Assembly: GCA_951406725.2 (NCBI GenBank) | Contig: OX597837.1 | Location: 7,316,001-7,380,000, forward strand | Length of the DNA: 64,000 nucleotides | Direction of reading: 5' to 3' | Origin: Octopus vulgaris | Lineage: Eukaryota | Shown: positions 53,506-64,000 of the stretch, piece by piece | Layout of the letters: each line of letters opens with the position of its first letter | Position numbering within the stretch: position 1 is the stretch's first letter | Position numbers and translations under genes: made by a program | Notes under the pieces: generated by a model | Told to the model about the DNA's origin: nothing | Seen by the model: only the letters and a program-made list of their open reading frames with translations | Database searches by the model: none

Positions 53506-53910
53506 GCATAGTTGAAGTGAATCTAATGGTTTTGTGTGTTTCTTAAATTGTTTATAAACACCTTCCACGCTGCAATTGTTTTCGTTCCAGCACACGATCT
53601 CAAGGCCAACTGATGCTCAGCAAGCAAATTTGGTAGACGGAAGGAAACTGAGTGGATGCCTGCCACATGCATTTGTCAGAGTCTTCTCCATCGACACATG
53701 ATAACCGCTGTTGGTTTGTTTACATCCTTATATCCTAATGGTCCAGTATGAGAAAGCTATAGAGCAAACACCCATCTTAAAGAGTCAGTTTCCACAATTA
53801 AATACTTTGAAGCAGTGCTCCGGCATGGCCACAGAATAAAAGAATGTCTTTGTGAATATGTGTGTAAGAATGTATGCATATATACATACTTATATACACA
53901 TATACATATA

Positions 53911-53960
<50 letters not shown>

Positions 53961-56900
53961 CACACACACACACACATATATATATACATATATATATATA
54001 TACATACACACTCACACACATATGTAATGCACACAGATGCATATGCACACGTGTGCAAGAGTGTGTGTGTGTGTGTGTATGAATGCATGAATACATAGGA
54101 AAGCCAATATCTCAATATCTATGACCATTTTCAGGACATCTGTGACAGGTGGAAGAAACACTGACCTAAGACTTTAGTAAAGCCAATCAACGACCAGGTG
54201 GTGGTGGTAGTGGTGGTGGTGTTAACGAGTGGAGTAACAGAATCAGTCAAGTGATTCGAGGCATTGTTTGAAAATTATGCAAATCAGCCTCAAATATATT
54301 CCCACCCAACCCCCCCTTTTTTACTCCATGCAACCAGACATCGGTGATGCATGACACATGCACGGTAAGAGCCGCCGCGTGTGAAAATCGGTGAGCTTCA
54401 TATATGGACATCACAAGCATGACTGGATTTGTGGGTAGCGGGGGAGAGGGTACATGTTTTGTCTTTCGGATAAATGTGACACACTCTGTTGATGATGATG
54501 ATGATGATGGCAGATGCTTGCTTGTGATGATGATCATCATAATCATCATGGTGGTGGTGGGGGGGGGTCATAACGGTGGTGCTGGGGTCGATGTAATCGA
54601 CTTAATACCTATGTCTGTCCTTGTTGTCCCCTCTATGTTTGGCCCCTTGTGGGTAATAAAGAAACAGGTGCTGATGATAATTACGACAATCATAATGATG
54701 ACCTTAAAGGGGCTTGGCCTAATGGTAAGGCGTGTTGCACTCAAGTCCGTGAGATTGTGGTTTCGATTCCCAGACCAGCTGTGAGCTTTGTTCTTGGTGC
54801 AAAACACTTCATTTTCACATTGGTGTAATTGCCAAATCAGTTTGGAGCCTGGTGCAGCCTCTTGGCTTGCCAGTTCTCAGTCAAACCATCCAACCCGTGC
54901 CAGCATGGAAAGGGGACATTAAATGACAACGATGATGATGATGATGATATATATGAATGAAGTTGTTATAGGCCAATCAATCTGTATTACACACTGTGTT
55001 GGGTGTTAAAGATGCCAGTCAATGTATGCAAGAGGTTGGGTATTAAAAGCACCGACAACATGATTTATTATAGAATTAAGAGCTATATGTTGATTTTATA
55101 ATATTGCAGATCTAGCAAACCCATGGAAGCAGAGTATCGACTGGATGTCAGGGGGAAAAAAAAATGTTGGCTTTTTTAACACAAAGTCAAACACCGAACA
55201 CAATGATGATATAAAGATAATAATAATAATAATCACCACCACCACCATCATCATCATCATGAGGAGGAGAAGGGTGGTGTTGGTGGTAGTGATGATGATG
55301 CTGAAGGGGAAGATGATAGTGGTGGCAGCACTTGCACGAGTGCAGGTGATGATGACATTGGTGATGATGATGGTGATGGTGGTGATGATGATGATGATGA
55401 TGGTGATGGTGGTGATGATGATGATGATGCATTGTTTTATTTCCCCTTTGGTTTTCTCAAAATGGGTTCTTTAAACTTTTTGTTTCGCTTTTATTTATTT
55501 TGTTTTCATTTTTACTTATTTTTTAATTAATTTATTTATTTTATTTTATTTTATTTATTTATTTTTTTGCAGCAATTACTTTTAACAGGTGATTGGATAG
55601 AACGGGGTAGAATCAGGGTAGTTTGGCTTTGGTAATGACAAGCAGCACCAACCACCACCACCACCACCACCATCAACAACAACAACAGCAACAACATTGA
55701 TCCTTCCTATCAGTAGTAAACCAATCAACCACAAATTTTGGTTGTTGTTTTTTTCTAACGAACTTTAATCAAAACATAAATCTCAAAATAAAATGAAGAA
55801 AAACCAAAATAATTAATTAATTAATTACAATCAATCATTCCCATCGAACTTAGACATCTCTCTCATTTCAACACTACCTTTCCTCCCATCGACCCCAAGA
55901 ACACCCATAATAGTGTTTAAAAAAAAAAATTAAAAAGTAATAGTTAAAAAAAAATAACATTAAAATGTTTCGAATTTAGAAAAAGAAAAACATTTTGAGA
56001 AAATAGCAGTTGGAGTTATATCACTAATATACTAGTACAATACCTGCCACAAAAAATAAGAGCTTATTTTAACATCATTTCCGTAACTCATTTTATTTTA
56101 AAACTCTTTTGTTACTGTAATTATTTCACGATGCTCTGTGTTTTTTTCAATTAACTTTAAATATAACAAAGAATTTAGTAAAATAACTTAGTTAGCATTC
56201 AGCTAGTGTTGGGAACATAAATTGCGACTAAGGTTTGGTGGAAGATTTCAATTCAGAACTTTTGAAGACAAAACATTTGTATGACACAGCCAGAGCTGGT
56301 TTCAGCCAGGCTGGTAAGGAAAGGGTTAAGGCCGGCATTTCCATGCTTGCAAATAGGAATCAAAGAGAGCCAATAGGTGAAAAATTGGTTGAGAAGCACT
56401 AACATGGATGATCTATCAATTATATTCTGTTGACCAAAATTCTTTTTGCAATGCTTCTGGCTGAGACAAAGAATTCATTGCAGAAAATACTTTTCAAAGA
56501 TTTTGCAAATTGGGACTAAATTTGGAACTGCAATTTAACCAATCTAACTTCTTAAACACAGCCATGTTTATTGCTCATAGCTATAGTCTGCAGACACAAG
56601 GAATACTTTATCATCATCATTATTTAACCCTTTCGTTGCTGTATTTATTTTGAAATGCTCTGTGTTTCTTTCAAAGCAGCATTCAAGTGTGACGATGATG
56701 AATTTTACCCTACATCTTCTTCCCTCTCTCTTTCCCCCTATATTAACTGTTTGTTCCCATGATTGCCTGCCTAACAAGCTCCATTTCTATTATCTATGTA
56801 ATCTAGCAGTCTTTCTTTCATCTCTTTCACCACAGACACTACTTTCCCCTTTCAATGCAATAAAAGAAGGAAACCAATCACAGGTTTACAAAAACGATTA

Positions 56901-57445
56901 AAATAACTATTGTCATTCTGGGATGACTTCACCCCAGGTCATGATAAAGCCAACCTATAACCAAAGCCTTTCCAGCTATGACTGTCCCATTTTTCTTTCA
57001 AACATAGTATATCTAAAACTACGTTATCCAACGTGCTTTTCTATTTTAGTGCTTTTTTAAAGATGATAGGACATAACATAAACTCATATATATCCCTGAA
57101 TAGAAAACAGGATGGTCACAGCTGGAATGTTTTAGATCATAGGTCTGCAAGATTCTGCTTGACCTGGGGTTAAACAACAGCAAAGAATTCTTAGATACAC
57201 TACATCTGAATATTAGACAGGATGGTCACAGCTGGGACATCTTTGATCATAGGGCTGCTTCATCAGGACTGACCTGGTGCTAAACAACAATTATAGCTAC
57301 TGATTCTATACTATTTGGCTATTACTGTTATTTCTAACAGATCAAGTAATATTATTCTCTGTATTTCAGCAAAAATGAGGGAACATGTTTTTATTCTTAT
57401 TCTCCCATGAGGGAAACATGACTGAACCACTAAGAAGCATCAAAG

Positions 57446-57793
57446 ACTGCCATCCTAACGAGACGTCTGCGTTGGCTGGGTCATGCCCTCCGTTGTCAAC
57501 CAGGAGAATTCATATATGAAGCAATTGCCCCAGGTCCCCTTCAGGATTGGCAAAAGCGATGTAGTGGACAACGAAAAACCTGGCTGATGACAGTCAAGGC
57601 TGATCTGGAACCCAACCTAGGTCCCCATGTCTATGGTGCTTGCCACTGGAATAGGGAGTGGTTGGAGATCACGCGGTCATTAGCCTCAAATCGCCAGGTC
57701 TGGTCGGCGTTTGTGAAAGATGCAGCATTGAGAATGAATGAAGCCAGCTCAACCCACCCCGGGTGAATGCTGCTCAAGTCAAGTCAAGCCAAG
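57446..57793 (+). mobile_element. RTE-clade LINE 3' end with (CAAGT)n tail
   Basis: Open frame RRLRWLGHALR...SGQRKTW...VKADL...ASNRQVW to TGA at 57764-57766, followed by caagtcaagtcaag. Confidence 0.85.
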
Positions 57794-57889
57794 GCAATAA
57801 TGAAGCCCATAGCCAGTAGAAATTACAAATTCTTTATATACAATATCCTTGAGTGTAATGTTTTACATAGTTTTAAAGAAAATGTTACC

Positions 57890-58470
57890 AAAAATATTTC
57901 TCAGACATGACATATTATTCAGATATAGTACAACACATCAAATTCCTCAGATACAACAAATCATACTCTCCAGATACAAATTAAGAGACTGAAAAATTCT
58001 TGTAAGAACTTAATCACACTAAATTCCACTTTTAGAATTGAACAAGCAAATATGCACAGATACAACTTAATGCGCTAAATTCTCCAAACACAACTCACCA
58101 AATTCCACAGACACAATTTAACAGCAAATTCTTCAGATACAATTTAATATCAAATTCTTCAGTCACAACACGCTGAATTCCTATGATACAGACCACTTAA
58201 TTCTTCACACGCAACACACCAAATTCTTCGCATACAATGACATCAATCAAATTTTCGAGATGCAACTTAAAATGCTGAATTCCTCCAGATGCAGCACCGC
58301 ACGCCGTATTCTTCAGACAATACTATACATCAAAAATTCTTCAAATGCAACTTTAAATACATTTTTACTCCCAAACTTCTTCAGCTATAATTTTAACCGA
58401 AATTATTCTTCTGATACAGCTTCACCCATCGAATTACAACAGAAAGAATTTAATACATCAAATTCTTAGT
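57890..58470 (+). repeat. Degenerate minisatellite
   Basis: Repeated aaattcttcagatacaa with variable spacers. Confidence 0.65.
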
Positions 58471-60839
58471 ACATGGTTTTCTATGTCAAATTCTTAATAG
58501 ACACAGCACCTCATTCATCAAACGAAAACATGGATGAGAATGCACAGAGCGACTACGAATGTGCGTGTGTGAATGCACTGTTATGTTCCCATGTGCAGGA
58601 TTATATCTGAGTACATGTGGGAGAGTAATATGTAAGAGCACGAACATGGATCTGTGCATGTATATGCCCTGACGTGTCTGCATGGATCGGGTTATATGTG
58701 AGCAGATGAGCATGGTATTGAGAACACATGGAGATGTGTGCATGTGTGTCGTGTCCCTGTGCGCATGCATGTCCGTTCGGTCAACCATGCATGTGGGAAT
58801 AATACATGAGGGCATGAATATGGATGTGTGTGTGTGTGTGCACGTGCAGTATCTGCTAGCATGTTTATGCACATGCACATGCACATGTGTGCTCCTATGC
58901 ATGTGTGTGCATGCATGTTTCCGTATATGGCTTTGTGTGTGAGAATAATACAGGATAGCATCAATGTGATATGTGTGCATGTGTGTAAAGATGTGTGTAT
59001 GTGTGTAAAGATGTGTGTGTGTGTAAAGATGTGTGTGTGTGTAAAGATGTGTGTGTGTGTGTAAAGATGTGTGTGTGTGTGTAAAGATGTGTGTGTGTGT
59101 AAAAGATGTGTGTGTGTGTGTGTGATGTGTGTGTGTGTGTGTGTGTGTGTGTAAAGATGTGTGTGTGTGTGTAAAGATATATGTGTGTGCATGAATATAT
59201 GTAAAGGTGTATACATGTATATAAAGATGTGTGTATAAGTGTGCATAGAGACATGTATGTATATACAAATGTGAAGATGTGCGTGTATGTGTGCATGTAT
59301 ATGTGCTGTGGTGCATTAATGAGTAAACATGTGTGTGTGTGTGTAAACATGCGTTTTGTGTAAAAGGTGTGTATGGAAAGACATGTATCTGTATATGCAA
59401 AGTTGTGTGTATATGTGAAGACATGAGTATGAGTGTGTATAAAGATGTGTGTATGTGTGTGACCATGGTCGTTTTAGTGCATACATTCAAAAAAGCATGT
59501 GTGTGTGTGTGCAAAACCAAAGAGAACACTTCTCAATGTGCGTTTATGTGTCCCAATACGCATGTGTATACGTGCACATGTGCATGTGTATGTGTGCATG
59601 ATTGTAGAGTATAGTGTTGTACCACTATGTGTAATTCCAACAATTTGAGTATGATACTGCATGTGTGTGCGTGTGTATGTGTGTGTATATGCGCACATGT
59701 GTGATTGTAGAATTTAGTGCAGCACCACTATTAATGTGCGTGTATGTGTCTCAATATGCATGTGTATACGTCCACTTGTTTGTGTGTGTGAGTGATTATA
59801 GAGTATAGTGGCATTTTGAATATGATAGTGCGTGTGTGTGTGTGTGTGTGTATGTGTGTATGTGCACGCATGTGTGACAGCAGAATATAGTGCAGTAACA
59901 CTATAAATGCGCATATGATAGCATGTGCATGTGTGGATTTATTTCTATGTATGTGATCCCATCGACATGATTGTATGCGTATGCATGTGTGCATGCAAGC
60001 ATTTATATATGCGACCCCATGAATGTGAGATAGTTCGGCGCATGCCTGTGCATTGTATGTGCATCTGTATGCACAGTGCAGTGTGCAATCATGTGCATTT
60101 TAGTATATTTGACAGCATGAGCATTAAACTATTTGCGTACACACTGTGCAGTCTGTGTGTATATACACGTGTGTGTGTGTATATACACGTGCGTATGTGT
60201 GTACATGCATGTGTGTGTGTGTTTGTGTACATCTGCTTTCCTATGTGAATGCACTCAAGCACAGATGAATGCACATGAGCACGATGCATATGCAAGCTAG
60301 CGATTCGATGTAAAGGGTTGGAGGAGGGGGGGGAGAAGAGGGGGCGTGGAGGCAGAAAAACAAATCAATAAAAACTATAATAAAAAAAAAAGTAAAGAAA
60401 CATAAAAAAAATTCATATTCTTAATTTCTTGCAATTTTTTGCACACCCCCCTCCTCTCAACCCCCTTCATACACATACACATGCAAATACGCACACCGCA
60501 GATCCACATATAGATGTACATGCACAAACACATGATTGCACACTTCTTACACATACAAATATACACATAAACATGTACACACACACACACATATATATAT
60601 ATACACAAACTCACAATTGTCTGATGAGCAGTCACATGAAACTCTACCTAATAGTTTTGTAAAGTTATACTGGGCTTTAATAAAACAGCATACAGCTCTG
60701 CCTTTGGTAGTCGAGTACTATTTTCTCCACCTTGTTTGGCACCAATGTGCTTACATGTCTGTATACTCACATATAGAAAGATACCTACACACAAACACAT
60801 AAAGATATATATATAACCAATCAACAGGTACCTTAGTGT

Positions 60840-61645
60840 TTTACAAAAACAATCAAAATAACTATTGTCATTCTGGGATGATTTGATCTCAGGTCACGAT
60901 AAAGTCAACCTATAACCAAAGCCTTTCCAACTGTGACTGTCCCTATCCAATGTGCTTTTCTATCTTAGTATTTTTTTAAAGATGATAGTATGTGACACAT
61001 ACTCATATGTATGCCTGAATAGAAAACAGGATGGTCACAGCTGGAATGTCTTTGATCATAGATCTACTAGACCAAGATTGACCTTGGGCTAAACAACATA
61101 AAATTAATATAATCCCAGATATACTGTGTGAATGGAAGGCAGGATGGTCACACCTGGAGCATATTTGATCACAGGTCTACAGGAGCAAGATTGACCTTGG
61201 GTTAAACTATACAAAAATAAGATAATCCGAGATATACAATGGCTACAAGATCTACTGGATAAAAATTGACCTTGGGTTAAACTACATAAAAACAATGTAA
61301 TCCCAGATACACTGTGTGTGAATGGAAGGTGGGATGGTCACAGCCGAAATGTCTTTGATCATAGGTCTACTAATTTTTATGTTTAACTCAAGATTGACCT
61401 TGAATTAAACATAAAAATAATGTAATCCCAGATAGTCTGTGTGCAAGCGGCAGGCAGGATGGTCACAGCTGGAATGTCTTTGATCATAGGTCTACTAATT
61501 TTTATGTTTAACTCAAGATTGACCTTGAATTAAACATAAGAACAATGTAATTCAAGATACACTGTGTGTGAATGGAAGGTGGGATGGTCACAGCTGGAAT
61601 GTCTTTGATCATAGGAGCTACTGGATCAGGACTGACCTGGGGTTA
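60840..61645 (+). repeat. Duplicate of 56885-57290 expanded into ~110-130-bp tandem units
   Basis: Repeated ggatggtcacagctggaatgtctttgatcatagg, with an inverted copy of the same motif at about 60890-60945 and 56930-56990. Confidence 0.8.
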
Positions 61646-62299
61646 TTTTACTAAATTCCATTTTTTTTTTTCTTTCTTGTAAAGATCAATATTAAAAGCG
61701 AAAAAAAATAAAAAAAACATAATCACATCAATTCTCCACCACCACCACCACCACCAATCTTCCCTTCATGCCTCTCCCCTCCCCCCACCGTCTCCCCCCC
61801 CCACCTACCACCATCCGTTAACCTCGGCACCGGATCCGACTGCTTTTAACACAAAAGAAATATCTCCGAAAAGATTCAAAAATTCCTCATCCTCTGCCGT
61901 TTCCCCCCCCCCATTCCATTCCATCCCCCCACCCCACAAAAACCTACATTTCATGGAATCTGGCTGATGACAAATGATTGACGTGAATGACAGCCAGGTA
62001 ACTTTTGCAAAAGACGACGGCTTCTTTATTGATCAACCGATTGATTGATTGATTGACTGATTGATTGATAGGTATTTGTTTCTAATCTCTGTAGTCTCTT
62101 TCACCATTCTCTCTCTCTTCTCTTTTCTATGTTTTGATGCTCATGAGTAACCCCCCGCCCCTTCTTCGTCATTCTTGTACTCTGCTTCCTTATTCTACCC
62201 ACTTTCCCACCCACTCACCCCATTTCTGTATATTCTTCGTTCTTCTTTGAGACTAATCTGCATCATTAGGGTTTTAGATGTTGAATGCAAGCTTGCTGG

Positions 62300-62331
<32 letters not shown>

Positions 62332-63205
62332 AAGAAAGAGAGACAGACAGACAGACAGAGAGAAAGAGAGAGAGAGAGAATTGGGCGAAGAAAAGAGAGA
62401 GGGAGGGAAAGAAAGAGAAAGAGAGAGAGAATTTGGGTGAAGAGGGAAGGAGGGAGGGAGAGAGAGGGGGATTAGGAACAGAGAGACTAGTAGACAAGGA
62501 GAAACAGAAAGAGATAGACTGTTTATGTGTGGGAGAGAGAGAGACTGATAAAAAGAGAAACAATCAGAGAGAGTGAGAGAGAGAGAGAAGGAGGGGGGAT
62601 AGAGGTAGAGAGATAGACAGAGAAAGGCAAAGAGACAGACAGACAGTTAGAGCATGAAAGAGAGAGAGAGAGAAAGAAACAGCAAGTGTTTGAATGTGTG
62701 CATGAAACAAAGAGAAAGAGACAAAGAGAGACGTGATCAATGATTAGGTGCACACACACACATACATACACACACACAAGTGGAGTGGGTTGGAGAAGAA
62801 ATTGATAAACATCAATGAACAGCAGCAGGAACACACACACACACACATGCATATATACATCTATGCACACACACACAGCCATCGATTCCCCTTTTACTGC
62901 AAATATTTATTCAATGGCATAAACAAACAAACAAACAAGAGTGTGCATACGTATGCAGGTGTCTGTGTGCTTATATATATATATATATATATATATTTAT
63001 TATATAGAAGGAGCTTCTACAGGAATATATATATATATATATATATATATACAAACACATACATACAGACACGACAAAATGGAATAAGCAAAGCAAGAGC
63101 ACACACAAAGATGAAAAGTGTCGCTGAGGAGGTCACAGAGGTGTGACAAAAGATTTCCGGACAATAGACATGACTTAGAATAAGAACAGCAATAAACGAG
63201 TCAAG

Positions 63206-63259
<54 letters not shown>

Positions 63260-63362
63260 TACATATATATATATACATACATATATATATATACATACAT
63301 ATATACATACATACATATATACATACATATATACATACATACATAAATACATAAATACATAC

Positions 63363-63394
<32 letters not shown>

Positions 63395-63419
63395 GCATGT
63401 GTGTGTATGTATGTATATC

Positions 63420-63639
63420 TTTTATCGTTTACTTTGTTTCAGTGATTAGGCTGTGGCCATGCTGGGGCACCACGTTGAAGAATTTTTTAGTCAAATGGAT
63501 CAACCCCAGTACTTCTCTATCTCTTCTTTCATCCTACTACTAATTCTATCAGTGTCTTTTGCCGAACCACTAAGTTACAGGGATGTAAACACACCAACAG
63601 CAGTTGTCAAGCGGTTGTGACAGACAAACACAGTCCCTA

Positions 63640-63677
<38 letters not shown>

Positions 63678-63760
63678 TATGATGGGCTTCTTTCAGTTTC
63701 CGTCTATCAAATCCACTCACAAAGCTTTGGTTGGTCCGGGGGCAGAGTAGAAGACACTTG
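63420..63760 (-). mobile_element. SINE family B, head truncated
   Basis: Colinear with other family B copies. Confidence 0.75.
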
Positions 63761-64000
63761 CGAATCCACCCACCCACCTACGCCCCCCTCCTATAATCAC
63801 AAAAGGGAAATAATATTCTTGGCCAGAATCCAAGGCCAGACATGTTTTGAGACAGACTGGAAACACAACGATGTCCTTATGTCAATACAAAGATGTATAA
63901 ATATGTAGCCATATTTTATGCACTATTTGTTTGTACGCATGAGTGTGTGTGTGTGTGTGTGTGGAGACAGAGCGAAAGAGAAGGAATATGTGTGTGTGGA

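Noticed and set aside
58486-59529. Longest ORF (347 aa, His/Thr-rich)
   Set aside because: Degenerate (CA)n/gtaaagatgtgt repeat with no domain features.
58500-60300. Many TGCATG motifs, also at 42300-42540
   Set aside because: Mostly on the antisense strand and expected from decayed TG/CA repeats.
60621-60650. CTGATGA...GAAA
   Set aside because: No stem II or stem I complementarity, so not a hammerhead. Motifs near 23240, 23340 and 45120 are also too degenerate to call.
61020-61645. Regularly spaced repeats resembling a CRISPR array
   Set aside because: Eukaryotic context, the spacers are themselves similar, and there are no cas genes.

Overview
Eukaryotic, AT-rich, microsatellite- and SINE-dense DNA with the repeat landscape of an octopus genome (taxon is an inference). 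Almost all six-frame ORFs are translations of (TA)n/(CA)n/(GGT)n/(ATT)n repeats. The real content is part of one large minus-strand gene, an RBFOX/Fox-1 splicing-factor homologue. Two RRM exons are unambiguous: 31013-31159 (...PKRLHVSNIPFRFREADLKGLLG) and 20058-20111 (QFGHILDVEIIFNERGSK). The next RRM exon (GFGFVTF...) was not found, so it lies left of base 1 or in the 100-N gap. Three things stand out. (1) A well-signalled, in-frame 21-nt microexon candidate (4191-4211, HLLVFND) would insert into the RNP1 motif of the RRM. (2) Further short exon candidates and TGCATG clusters suggest autoregulated splicing. (3) Several minimal type-I hammerhead-ribozyme motifs occur in intronic repeats, including one sense to the pre-mRNA and one inside a TSD-flanked tRNA-headed retroelement. 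Also present are at least five SINE families, RTE and Tx1-like LINE remnants, a mariner remnant, MITE-like foldbacks and local duplications. Repeat boundaries are read by eye and approximate.
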